Shown here piece after piece: positions 1 through 13,409 of a stretch of 64,000 nucleotides of DNA. The notes beneath the pieces were generated by a model. That model made no database searches. It was not told the DNA's origin and saw nothing but the letters and a program-made list of their open reading frames with translations. The stretch lies in NCBI GenBank assembly GCA_002633005.1, contig NMRA01000977.1, forward strand, positions 3,288-67,287, written 5' to 3'. The position numbers and the translations under genes are program-made. Source of the DNA: Phoronis australis. Its lineage: Eukaryota; Animalia; Phoronida. Every line of letters starts with the position of its first letter. Within the stretch, counting starts at the first letter, position 1.

Positions 1-83
<83 letters not shown>
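1..83. repeat. (TGA)n microsatellite
   Basis: About 27 perfect TGA units, running off the window start. Confidence 0.99.
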
Positions 84-99
84 GTGGTGGTCACGGTGT

Positions 100-862
100 G
101 ACAATAACTGACTCTGCGCGTGCGTATTACTGGAATTATTATGGGAAGTTATTGACAGCAACCTGTTTAACAATATGAAAAGGAATTCTTTAAAATTGTA
201 GGACAAAATTACATATTAATATTTTGATGACCTTTGCACTAATTGACCCTATCCGGTGCATTATAAGCGTCTTTAGGAGAATCATTGCAAAGCCCATGGA
301 AAATGTGTTTAATGCTGAGAATCACAGTTGTCTAACTGTTGACACATCAGAATACTTACTGATTCAAAAGGTCAAATTTTCAGAAGAAAAATGCACCTAA
401 TGACCTCATGTTTGCACTAAATGACCTCAAACGTTGGTTTCCGATTTGATTTACCTGTGGCAATCAGACCTGTCAATTTGAAGTGTCTAGCTCAAATTTT
501 TAGTTTGCACCTAATATTACTCAGAAAAGTAATTTTTTAAGTTGCCATATTGACTTATACCAGTGTACCAAATTTGAAAATAATACCTTCTAAAATAAAG
601 AAGGAGTAGCATTTTAAAAATTATATGACCTTTGCACCAAACGACCTCTTCCGGTGCAATATGGAATATGATTATATAACGAAACAAAATTTATATTATG
701 TCGAGAATCATATGCTAAATTTAAAGACCGTACCTGCACCCAATTTGGAGTTATTAAGCCTCAAAGTTGGCCGGAAGAAGAATAAGAATAATAAGAATAA
801 GAAGAATAAAATTGAAGAAAACCCACGAACAACAGTACTCTGCGCTCGCACGCGCAGAGTAA
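100..862 (-). mobile_element. Helentron-associated non-autonomous element (HINE-like)
   Basis: ACTCTGCGCGTGCG at ~111; hairpin ACTCTGCG..CGCAGAGT at ~837-860; (AAGAAT)n-like microsatellite at 775-810; internal TGACCT..TGCAC repeated units. Confidence 0.55.
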
Positions 863-2081
863 TTATCTCAGATATTTCAATAATAAATCCAAAATTATGA
901 TTTATGTTAAAGTTTCAGTCTCTTTACAGCAATAATATTACTCTGTGATAATGTCTAAGTGTTTTGTACCTACATGAACTGATTCAGGGTTTTGTTATTT
1001 TTATTAAATAGTCTCATCTCAAATTTAATTATTTTTAGTTCGATTTTTTTGTTTTTTGGTGTAAATTTGCTTGAAGTCACTTCTATTAAGTTTAACTATT
1101 GTGTATGAATGTGGTTATCTATATCTTATAATTTCTTGACATTATAGTCAACCACAAAAGACTTTATTTGTAAGGACTAGTTAGATCCTGTTGCCGTGGG
1201 ATGCACCGCAGGTGTTTCTCTCGTGATGTAGCACAAGTGATTTGTTTAAGACTAATAATGGAATCATAAGATTTAAGTCAAAATTATATTGTTTGCACCC
1301 GACGACATTCCAGATTTTCAGAGTCACCACAGACTAATTTCTATGTCCAGAAATTCAAGGAGGCGGAACATCTCGGCTAATTCCGTGGCCTCAAATCGAG
1401 GTTACGTCAGTACTCGGGTTGAAGCGGAAGCTGGGAGTGTCCCATTGACCAAGGGTTGATGGGTTTGATTATTGTCAAAAATCAAATTATTATTGGCATC
1501 GAACGTGACATATTACTCATTTGTGTGCTAATTTATAATATCCTGCAACATGTAAATAAGTGTTTTTGTTTACTGAAATTATACAAAAATGTTGTGTGAG
1601 GAATTACTGATGACCTACTTCCCTTACGCATAGTTCAACTGTCAAAACGTCCATGCCCACATGGTACATGTTTTGTGTTGGCGCTTTGTTTGGATTTACG
1701 AAGGAATGGGGCGGATCATGTCTTCTAAAAGGTAAGATGTCATTCACAATATGTAACTATCTACCTGTGGTTCTTATTTATTTTGTTGTATGAGCCGATC
1801 AAGCCGGGCATGAAACGGGATACCTGCTAAATCTGTTGTGTACAAATGATTGCAAACTGAGCTACTTGCTGACATTGAGAGCACGTGGACACCCATTGCA
1901 TGGTTGCTGCAACGCGACCCAGTCGATAACTTTTACGCTTGCGACGTGGTGTTTGAGACAGTCCAACGGGCTTAGACTAATCGGGCCAAGAACTGAACTG
2001 AGTTGAACTGGTTCAAACAATATTCAAGTTTTATATTTATTATTTTCGCAATGCATGATCTGATAAGCCTAAAACTAATAG

Positions 2082-3533
2082 TAGGGAGGACAACGTTTTT
2101 TATTATTTTTTTTACAATACCCATGTGTCATACATTTTTGAAAAGCCCTTGGTGTGAGAAATGAAATGGTGCAAAAATCAGAAAAATTGGATAAGCGGTT
2201 AATAAGAAAATGGCCGTTAAAACGCGACGATTATGCGTAAAATATCTGCCTTTTTACATAATTTCGTAAAAAATAAAAGGATATACATGTGCATATAAAA
2301 AGATTCGTCTCATTGAGACAAACATGGTGGTGTGTATTATATAAAGTTTGGATCGATTTCTACAGAGATATTGCTATTTAAGTGTGTTGTTAGCATGTAG
2401 AACAGGCATCATGTTTGATGAAATTACACAGCTTAAAAGGTAAAGAGCAAAGATACCACTACCACATCAGCTCAGAAATATATACATTTGAGCTAGGAGG
2501 AAATTTCACATCAAATCACAAGATCACATTGGTGGATTTGGGGGGGGCAAGGGAGCCTGGCCCGTGGTCCCCCTAAAACTCCCAAATTTCATTTGGCAGT
2601 TTGAGGATGCAAATATCTTATGGGTAAAATCCTGCGTAATACTCTGCCCTGCCCCCCACTCCTATCTAAAAATCCTAGATGTGCCCTTGAATACTACGTG
2701 GGCAACACATCATTGCCTGACAGTGACAGGGGGCTGGAATGGGGGAGGCTATAGCTCCCATACTTTTTTCAGTACTGCCACCCATGTACTGTTAGATCGT
2801 ATCATGGCAAACATCAGAAAGTAGACAAAAGACCTTTTGGGTAAACAAATCACTCTTAACATAAAGGATTTCATCATTAACGCAACAAAAACTTTGTAAC
2901 AACTTTATTTCGAACGGTGAAGTTGCGATGCCATTGAACTTCAACGTAGCCGCTGGTGGCGCTCACATGCGGCGACTTAGTGAACTAACCACTGTTGTTT
3001 GAAAAGTGCCAATGCGCAGCAGTTTGACAGAATTTCTGAAAATGAAATAATTACCAATTAAAAGAGTGATAAATTCCTCATCTAAAAATTGGGGGGGGGG
3101 GGCATATTGCGCAACTGGAAAAACATCAATCTCCCGACCGACCAAAATTAGGCCTTCCGGACGATCGAAAACTCGCCATGAAAACTTGGCCTTGACCTCG
3201 AGAAAACAACTTGAAGAGATGCGCACGCATCTAAACTACATCCTGACCAAATTTCATGTTTGTATTTGGATAGGAGGAACAAGAGGTACTTTTTCGAAAG
3301 TTGATCGCATGGCGGAAAATCGTGCGCTGGAAAAAGCTTACAAAAAATGATTTATCAGTGATAATTTGAGACAAAAAGATTGCAAACTTACAAATAAAGA
3401 CTAAGGTAACGATTTATAACACAAAATTGTCTTAAGTTAACTTTGAAGTCTGAAATCGGGTAATTTACCAACGTGGGTTTTACACGGAGGCAGATATGGA
3501 GCACCATGACCTACTTTTTGACTGTCCTCCCTA
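2082..3533. mobile_element. Non-autonomous hAT-like (hATw-type?) DNA transposon
   Basis: TIR TAGGGAGGACA...TGTCCTCCCTA; direct repeat CTAATAG at 2075-2081 and 3534-3540 (7-bp TSD). Confidence 0.75.
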
Positions 3534-3686
3534 CTAATAGTCGAATTCGAGTCACTAACTTATGCAACAAAAAGTTTTAGCGCAACTATTCTAGCTAGCA
3601 ATTTCAATTTTCAAAATGTGTTGATTTTATCCTCTACAAAAATATTCAGTATATCTCCATTGGTGTCTGCGAATATTACTTGTTTT

Positions 3687-4527
3687 GGTAATTGTTTACA
3701 ATATGACGACAATGACTTAGACATATGATTTTGGTATTGTTCGATTCCTCGCACCGTCATCTTGGCTCGGCCGTTGCTAGGCTGGATACGACTGGGTTCA
3801 TGAACTCGGTTTATTTACGAGTTCTCAGGGCCTCCACTGGGGGCGCCAGTATGCTTGTGACGTCAGTGGACAAAAGTGGAATTGGCCAACATTCACCATT
3901 CTGTGTTGGCACTATTTCCCATTCCCGGTGGACACCGCCATCTTTGCTCAACTCAAGATTACAGTGACACCTACTGTTAATGAATGAAACAGCATCATTG
4001 ATTCTGAATGGTGTTTGCCTGCGCGAGATTCCCGCTAAAGTTTCTGACATAATATTGATGAACAAGTAGAAGCATTTTACCTTTTCCATTTTTTTTGAGT
4101 TGTGACCATTTGACCATTTTTCCACGAAATTGTCTGAAGTGATACTCTTTTCACAAATTTGGACCTCAAAAACAACCTCCGCTGTTTTGGCGGATTCTTG
4201 TTAGTAGATGCGTATATCAGGGTCACCATAGGATCGAATTCGAATCCTTGGTTCCGTAACTCGGGCAGGGGACTGACGGCTCTCGGTCAATTTGAACTTA
4301 TGAAAAGCGACGATCTGCAAGTCGGTAGATTAGTTCAGTTTTTGACCGACAGGTGACTCTGACTCCTTCCATTCAACATGGCGGTATTACTGCCGCGTAC
4401 CAGGAAATAGTGCTAGAAGAAATTTCACGATAAAATACTAAAGGAACGGGGTAGGAGATATTTGGAAAGATAACATTGCGAGGAATCGAACGATACCAAA
4501 ATCATTGTCTTAGTGTAAACAATTACC
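3687..4527. mobile_element. Merlin-like MITE
   Basis: TIR GGTAATTGTTTACA...TGTAAACAATTACC plus subterminal inverted match; 8-bp TSD CTTGTTTT at 3679-3686 and 4528-4535; GGNRM terminus. Confidence 0.8.
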
Positions 4528-6229
4528 CTTGTTTTTCCACAATTCTTCCACTATGCATAGGCGGTTGATTGTCCGTGTCAAATATGGGTCACTTAAAAAT
4601 ATATGGTCCAAAACGCACCAGAATTGGCTAAAATAATAATAATAGTGCAGTTTCTAATATTTTCTGTTAAGTAACTACCCAAATGAGATGAGTAAGGAGA
4701 TGTGCTGGCATAAGGAGATGTGCTGGTATTTGCACTATTTACAAACTGCGGTTTTCAAAGAAGTTTGACGAAACGTGTGACTTTCACAATGGTTTAGAAT
4801 CAATAATTCTCTTTTCTGTTTACGTTTCCTGCACAAGAATTAGCTATCCTAAATTAAAGAAAATTTGTCGATAGTAAAGACCACCTCCAAAATGGAGACT
4901 TCCATTTCTGTTTCCGCTTCCGCCAAAATAAGATGTCAAGGAAAGCACTGATTTCTAAATCAGCCAATGGCATTCGAGTAAGAACTAGGTAAGCAGGTTC
5001 ACATATTACGATATCAACTTAGGGCAGTTTTCCTCGGCAATAAGATGACATCGAGAACAAAACAGTTTCGGCATTTCTGCCAGTGCTGCTGACTTCTTTC
5101 ATTAAATTACTTATTTTTTCTGTTTTGGGATTATGCTTCATTTAAACCTTGCTGGTACCACAGGGACGATTTTAATTTGCAAAGTTTGGGGACAGTTGTG
5201 TTCCAAGCTGGTTATGTGTCTAATGAATGTGTTGTGTTGTGTTGTGTTGTGTTGTGTTGATGCTCCATTTAAAGTGAGACAAGTTGTTCTACTGGAAGTC
5301 TGTGTATTGGCAGTGTGCTTGAGACTCTATTGCTCCATTGTCTCATGTGATCATTACTGTCAATGATTCCTATGACCCTTACCTGTTGAATTACTTGTTT
5401 TTACCTTGTATTCTGTTACACATTATGTATTTTTCTATTGGAGAATTCAGGTAAGAGTTTTAATACTTAACAAACAATGTGATTCCAAATTGCTCTGCTG
5501 ATTTATTTTTCACTGGGTGTTTTTAGCGCTTCTCGACTAAATCTTCCTTTGCTTAATGATGTTGTTGTGCCTCCCTTGATTAGAGAGTGCTATAGACCTA
5601 ATTCACGTGGTGGATATTAAAATCCAAAACGAGGCTCACTACGATAAACAAATAGGAAGTTGACATTGAAATGGCCGGTCTTTCGTGTCCAACCTGGATA
5701 TTAGATATTAAAAATGTGTCGGTAGTTAACCATAGGTTCGAAACATGAAAAGTAAATATGACCAAACTGCGACGATAGTAGTGTTACACATTAGCTATTA
5801 TGCTGAATGCAGGGTTACGTTTCTTCTTATAAATTGTTGAAAAAAATTCTTTCTACACGAACCAGGTCATCTGCTTGTATTGTTGGCACAGTGGTGGCTC
5901 ATAACATTTTGCTGTCATGTGCAATTAGTCACATCTGGTTTAATTTGTTGATCAAGAATATTAACATCATGTGGCATAGCCCGCCTAAGTTCTGGTGAGG
6001 TAGGGACTACCGGAACTAACATTTGATTTGTCATTGATCTGAAAGAATATCTGGTGTTATAAATTATACTTTCATTAAAATATAAACCCAGGCTCGTAAC
6101 TATTTGACGGTCATCTCTGTCTGGGCGTTGGGGCATCCGTTGTTCGGTGTCTGGCATCCCCAGCTGTATCATCTAAACCCCTTACAGGATCTTGATGAGG
6201 TTTGGTAGACAGGTCCCTATGAAGCTGAC

Positions 6230-6507
6230 GACGGATGACGACAAAATTTCGGACCTCTCCTACTACAGGTGTGACCCCAAGTGGCAATTTTAATTTTTTA
6301 CGCTCTATCTTCGCAAGTCCTAAATGGATTTTCATGAAATTTGACAGTTGTTATATTAGCGAGATGAGGCTATCCTTCGGTATTCGTATGGATTCAATGT
6401 GTTTTGCGCCATCTAGTGGAGTGGTCATTTGTAGTGTTTTCGAGTCTGGTTTTTGGTGTCCGCTCTTCTATCAACCAAACCTCTCTAGGGATGATTTTCA
6501 AAATTGA
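6230..6507 (+). repeat. Fragment of HINE-like repeat family (same as 8960-9855 and 34831-36562)
   Basis: Shared units GGATTTTCATGAAATTTG, GCGCCATCTAGTGG, CTCTATCAACCAAAC. Confidence 0.75.
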
Positions 6508-6509
6508 AC

Positions 6510-7110
6510 TATATGCTCTTACTGTGATATTAAAATCACCTGCCAACATGACATGAGAGTTGGTTTGCCCAAGTTTATTAACCAATGGATTAAAATCATC
6601 TAGAAATGTCCGTATGTTTCAATTGTCATTTTCTTTGGGAGGTTTATAAATATTGCCAACAATAACATTTTTCCTATGAATGATCCCAACTAAGGTCACA
6701 AATAGTGACTCAAAAACTGTAGAATCACTTAATTTTGGAGGTTTTATACTCCAATGAATTGTGGATGTAAATAATAAGGCCACCATGGCCACAACATTTC
6801 TTACCCTGTAATTATCAATTTGAAACAATGAGAGGTTATTATCATCAAGCCAAGTTTCCTGCTGACAAATTACACTAAAGTTAAAATTCAACTGGGACAG
6901 TTGACGGAGAAACAGGAACAGGCTATCAAACTTAGCTCAGATAACATACAAAAGTCATCTTTGTGTTTAAGAGCAAAAGCTCTAAATGAATCACTATCAT
7001 AATAGGGAGAGGACTTGAGTGCACCAGACCCAATATCATCATTTTTATCACCAAGCAAATGAACAAAAATATTGACATTAATACCACCAAAGTTATTTAA
7101 CATATCCATG
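6510..7110 (-). pseudogene. LINE (CR1/L2-like) ORF2 apurinic-like endonuclease remnant
   Basis: Motifs VICQQETWL, FESLFV, VIVGNIYKPP, LAGDFNI across frameshifted ORFs. Confidence 0.88.
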
Positions 7111-8592
7111 TAGTGTAATAAAGTGTATACTGCAACGAAAATAAAGATCAATGGCAAAACAACAACACTGATAGGTGTCTAAGTGACACTAGCAGTGGAT
7201 GGAAATTTTCCCCAGGAGAGAATCATAATACAACAGAGTGGGCGGGCCTAAATGAAAGACGTGGAACCATAGATACTCGTAAAGAGATTCGCGACTCCGT
7301 GAAGTCTCGCGTCCTAACGCAAAAGTACGCAAAACTTCCGGTCTCGTGGCTAAGCCCGTCAAGCAAATTTTTTGAGTTTGAAATTAATTTGTTGTGTTTA
7401 ATACAAACTAAATCGCGTATACGAGTCATTAGTCGGATTATTGCTACGTGTCGAAATTAACTTGACAAGTTGTTGTTGATCGGCCCGCCTGCTGGCACAG
7501 TTCAGCACACGAATCGAGGAGTTTGGCCAAATGAAAAGGCTGACTTAATTGGATAATTCTTTTCATTTAGTTGAATTCTTTGACGTTTACGATGAAATCT
7601 AGTTTGAATTTTGTGATTTTGTATGAATTTTGGCTCGACCTAAATGTAGTTTCTCTTTCGTCACTACGTCTACGATACATAAGTCAGGCACTGGTATACC
7701 AATATAGCCAAAACTGAGCAAGAGCGAAGGTTTGCCATTTTTCATGATTTTCAGAAGCTCATATATATTAGCATAAAAAGTGGTGTAAAATGAAAAGTAT
7801 GCCAGCGAAATATTATAACTTTCTTCTTTATATATTGATATCCGTTTCAACAAAGGGGGGCATTCATGAATATTTTTAAAAATCGAAGTACTGCAGCACT
7901 TGAGAAGGGGATAAATTTTCGGTCGCTAAATGGCTGTTACTGAACCGATTTTAGTGATATGTATATCCAGGGGGGTCCAGGATTTTGTGTTAGGGGGACC
8001 AGAGCGAAGCATTAGCCAGGATTTTGCCATTCAGATATTGGCACTCCCGAACTGCCAAATGGTATCCGGGGGAATTTTTAAGGGGGGTGTAGCCCTCTTG
8101 GCACCTTCTAAATCCGCTATTGATGTCAAACTGTTTGCTGAAAAATTCTGCCTTAAGTGTTCACTTTTATTTTTTTGATAAAAGTATGGGAAAATGTAGT
8201 TTTTTAATTTAATACCTTGTCAATTTCTAACCTGGAAAAATCCTGCGTGTGTACTCTCAAGGTAACAATTATCATGTCCTAATCCATTCCTCATCAATTT
8301 TTTTCACCATTTATATTTAGCAATACTTCCAAAAAAGTTAAATTCAGTCATTTTTCAAGAACCATGTTAACCTTTCCAGGGTTAAAACTGAACTCAAATT
8401 TGATTGGTCAAATGGATTAAACAGAACCAGTCAAAACTTCTCTAAATTACATAAAGTGATAAAAATTGGTGAAATATTTTCATTAAAACAGTGCAGAATA
8501 TTGTTAAAATTCAACTTAACTTCAGTTTTGGGGATAGATTCAGTCTATTTTCTTCAAAAATAATTTTGTTACTCATTTTCTACCTTGTGGTG

Positions 8593-8958
8593 ATGCTACC
8601 CGTTTCATGAGTGGATAGTTCCTGACAAATGTCTTTGATGACAGCTAGGTCAGACCATAGTGGGACACGGTCGTCGCGAAAGTATCAACGCTGTTGGGTT
8701 CTTTTTGAAGCGCTGTGTTACTTTGAAGTGTATAGTCATGGCTAAATACAAACGTAGCAGTGCCGCTGGTGGTCTAGAAGACCCGTGCAAAACTTTTTTG
8801 ATAAATTGAAGACGTTACTGTAGCCAAGTTTTAGGTCTGAAGGTACGTCATTGTTCGCATGTACACGTTCATGGACTGGGCGCTTATTTCAGCAAAGTTT
8901 GAAAACGCGTGGGGGGGGGCGCTTATAGGGGCATGGGCAGTTATTACGGCGAATACGG
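8593..8958 (+). mobile_element. Truncated right end of CCGTA-TIR Tc1/mariner-type MITE
   Basis: Ends TTATTACGGCGAATACGG|TA; homologous to 20185-20596. Confidence 0.8.
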
Positions 8959-8960
8959 TA

Positions 8961-9855
8961 TATGATGTTAGCAACAGACGATGACGACTTTTGGACAGAT
9001 CCGCCTAGTGGCAATTTTATTTTTTTACGTTTACCTCTGTATCTTCACAAGTCTAACGGATTTTCATGAAATTTGGTATGTAGGCACCTATTAGTGCGAT
9101 GACGCTATCCTCCCGTTTTCGGATGGATTCGACCTAGTTTGCGACACTCAGTGGCCATTTTTACTGTTTCTTAGTTTGTTTTTTGGCATTCACCCCTCTA
9201 TCAACAAAACTGCTCTAAGTATGATTGTGAAAATTGGCATGTATGTTCTTACTATGAAGTGGACGGTTGACGCTGATTTTCCATGACTTTGATGACTGTG
9301 GCGCCTCCTAGTGGCAGTTTTTTTGTGCGCTCATGGCTGTATCTCCCAAACCGTTTGCAGGATCTTTACTAAATTTAGCAAGTGTATTTATGTGATGTTG
9401 ACAATGGACGATGACGACTTTAGGATGATTCCGACTACCGGTATGCCTCTAGTGGCAATTTAAGTATTTTACATTGACCTCTGTATTTTCATAGGTCTTC
9501 AGGTGTATACTTTGTGTTACTTCGTGACTATGAAGGAAAAGTTCCAAGTAGAAATTTGTTTCTGGCATTCTAATGCTGTGCTAATCTCGTATGTTGGTAA
9601 ATTTGTTTATAATTCTATGTTTCTATGGTGCTTTAAGCAACTGATGTATAGGATGTGCTTGTATTATGAAGATCACACACATTTTGCCCCTAGCCTATTG
9701 AGGAGACAATGACCATGCCTTTCCATTTTGCAAAGTACAACATACTACATATATGCCCTCTACTGGCCACTTTATGGTACCAATAAACAACCCTAGAAGG
9801 ATACCGTACACGGTGCAATTTTGGGCGCATTTCAACGCTCTGCGTTGCTCTTGTT
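8961..9855 (+). mobile_element. HINE-like repeat, 3' portion
   Basis: Near-identical to 35697-36562; ends TGGGCGCATTTCAACGCTCTGCGTTGCTCTTGTT. Confidence 0.8.
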
Positions 9856-10731
9856 AGAATTGTTTTGAAATATTTTGGAACAAAAGAAATATTTTCACCG
9901 AACCATGGTAATTCTTGAAGTGTTTTGTCGTTTTAAAAGTGGTTTGGTGATGATATCATGTTGTTAACCTAATGGTAAAGGACTCTCCGTCCCGTTTTAG
10001 CGACGCAATAAGCTATGGATTCCCAAATATAGTTGTCTGAACTTGATATTTTTTGTGGCCTGAAATTTTTGGGTGCTATTCACGGAAAAAGTCTAGTTTT
10101 GAGGATATAAAAATTAAATAACTCGAGAGCAGCCTAAACAATTTACAAAAAATATATGTACATGGCATGTCTAAAGCTACCATTTTAGACTATTGAAGTG
10201 TTTTTCATGAAATTTGTATTTTGCTTTGCTCTGACACCTATATTTTGTAAAACATAGTATGCAAAGGGTATTCCTTCTCAGAAATGTATGCAACGCTTTA
10301 TGAAATGTTGTTATGTTTTTTCCTGTTTGTCATTGTAAAAATCAATTTCATTGTATATTCGTGTTGCCATTTTTCACTTAAGAATTGTCAAGTAAGGCGG
10401 TGGAATCCCATTGGAACTAGGAAAATAAAAAAAGAAAAATGTATATTTTGTGTGTGCTGTGCTATCTGATAACCACTAAAAGGGCTGACAGAACACCTTT
10501 CATAACCTGAGTCTTTCCCTCACATGTTCTCTATTTCAAATTTTGTGGTACTTGGTGGTTTTATTTCATGTTATAACCTTTTTTCTTCTGCAGGCAAAAA
10601 TATAACACTTAAAGGTGAATTCCCTTCACTGTGTATAAAGTACAAAAACTTAATTTATAAAAAATATACTATACAAGTTTCCTTTCGAACACTGAATATA
10701 TGTTGGCGTCACAAAACCCTAAAGAAAATTA

Positions 10732-11557
10732 CCGTAATCGTTCGTTGTCATGCCCATGCTCAGTTAACCGCCCATCCCCGACTTTAAGTGGATTTTCGAT
10801 TTAACCGCCCACCTCTCGGTTAAGCGCCCATCCCCGACTTTTAAAGAATGAAGATTTAGCGCCTAATGCTAAGGAAACGCGCGATTCCCCGACTTGTAGA
10901 AAAAGATCGATGATCACAATGAGTGCAACGAGGCCGGGACTCCGAGACGGTGGTTTAGCAATCTGAATTACAATACTGGTAACGAGTTATTGTCTTGGGT
11001 CATGAACTCACTTCAAAATATAATACTTGAACCTTTTTGTCACTTTATTTTATTCCCTTGTTTGCAAAGTTTAAGAAAATCGCCGGCGTCAAAACTTCCG
11101 CGTTCAGCGACTGCCGCACTGAGTTTCCGTCTGCAGTGCACTAGATAAATCATATATTCGAAAAAATCAGGCCAGAGAAATGTGACAATGGTTTTGCCAA
11201 CCCTCCAAATTCTATTAAGCTCTCGTATTTTGAACAAATCTCACAACTGACGGAAAGATGTCAAATTCTCAATATTTTGATGAATATAATTGCCGGGTTA
11301 TAGAGGATGTGGGGCGACCGAAGGGACAGTACAAGTGCCTTATTGGGTTACCGATTTCGTTGCTGCCTGTCGATTTCTGAATTCAAACGTTGGCAATAAT
11401 GTTGTCTGTCGTAATAAGCGCCCATGTTCGGTTAACCGCCCATCCCCTACTTTAGGTGGATTTTCGATTTAACTGCCCACTGCTCGGTTAACCGCCTTCC
11501 CCGATTTTTTGGATTCGCCAATTTAACCGTCCAGGGCATTAACCCGAACGATTACGG
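10732..11557. mobile_element. Tc1/mariner-type MITE
   Basis: TIR CCGTAATCGTTCG...CGAACGATTACGG; TA at both flanks; internal repeated TTAACCGCCCATCCCC(G)ACTTT motifs. Confidence 0.85.
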
Positions 11558-13409
11558 TACAGTGCTAACTGGTCCTTCCAAATTATGACTTCTTCAATTC
11601 AATCGCTTGTTATCTCTCCACTATTCAATAGTGGAACTGATTCTGTTGTGGCAGTTAAGCATTCACGCTCAATGCGATACTGAAAAATTAGTCCAGTTTT
11701 TTGTTAAAAAGCCATAGAAGAGTCCTGGGGGAAGAGTTCACTTTCAAAAAATCACGTTCCAGATATAACTCTTTGTTCCATGTTACTTTAATGTTTTTGT
11801 GACATTTAGAGGATATTCAGACACTGAAAGAGAGAAATGAACATTAGGTCTTAATGAGCATGCCTAGGTTCATAATCATAAGTATCACTCGTCAAGAAAC
11901 TGTGGAGAATAGGACAACTCAGTGGACATGGAGAGTATGATGTGCTGCTATTGAAAATATTGAGAGTCCCTTTTGATTGCATTCACAAAGCCCGTTTTGA
12001 ATGAGCAGCAAACAGGGCCATGCTGCACTTATTTGAGCGACATTCTTGTTACCCCCTCCATTTGTCAGTCTTTGCAGTATTTCACACCTGCTGTGTACCA
12101 TTGCATATTTTACTAGCTTTTGCTCTGTGGTGGTATTACTGGGTCATTTTATTTCCACTTGAAACAAGTATTTTTCGAAATATCATTTGTCGTCTCTTGG
12201 TCAGTTTCTTTACCAATGTTCTGACAATAGGAATGGAATGGAATGGAATAAAGATTGTTAACAGCAACAAGTGTCGTGTATCGAACCAATTTTGAATAAT
12301 CGTAGCTATGTTCAGAACTCAGAAGTTGCCTAACAATCTACTTTTGGCCTATGGTAGTAGTGACAGCAAGTTTTTGACACTCAAGTTTTGCAAATGATTT
12401 GTCAATGTCAGTTAGCCTTTGGCCCTTCCCCCTGGAACAAAGATGTTTGAATTATAAATATTTATTGTGTAACATTGTTACAAATTCATTTTGTTGATTA
12501 ATACTTACGATTATGAGCTGATTCCTCCGGTATTCAATTTAAACAAACACCAATACTAGTTGTAACCAAAAATCAGCTGATGCGACTGTAACATGTAAAC
12601 ACGGGGAAATTCAGCTGAAGACGTTTCTGGCGTTAATAACTCATAACTTGTCTGAATTATCTAGTGAATGTTTTAAATGACATGAGAGAGAGCACTATAC
12701 GCATTTTATTTTTACAAGTCTTAAAAACTCTAAAAAATCTAGCAATTAAATTCATTACTTTACCAAATCTTGAAACAAGGGAACGACGGCTCCGTAAAAT
12801 CGGAAGTTTGCTATCCTGCATGTGCAGCGCCCTCTCATCATTAGTGCTTATGTCCCGTGGTCCGCGACATGCGCAACGCGCTCCAACGGGAGTTGGCAGT
12901 CCCTATCTATAGACAGATATCGTGTGACTCTGGAATCTAGTTTTCAAAACAGCCACAGGCTTCGCATACCAGTTGTCAGCCATTACAATAATGTCAGAAA
13001 CGAAAACAGAACAGCTGTTCACCATGTTAGTGAGCTATTCAAAGTCGTATTCCTGGATTATATAAGGTCTGTGTTTTATTAAAAATGTGATGTGACATGA
13101 ATTTGTTGTTTGTTATTATTCTAACTGAGGTTTTAATTATTTCAAATGGGTCTTTGCCAGTGTTCCATGTAGTTGTACTGATTAGTTTACTTTTTGTAGA
13201 GGCTTAGCCTTAGAGCACAATGACTAATAACTGTGTCCCCTGGAATCTATCTACACATGTTATAAACAGGATGCCACAGTGTTCACATAAACATCCCAGA
13301 GCCAAATAACCATTCCTTAATATGTCAACACTGTGAGTTTCTTATTATTTCCCTCAGTTCTTAACATTGCTTTGTCCTGGTGATACCTACATCAAGCAGT
13401 CCATTGAAA

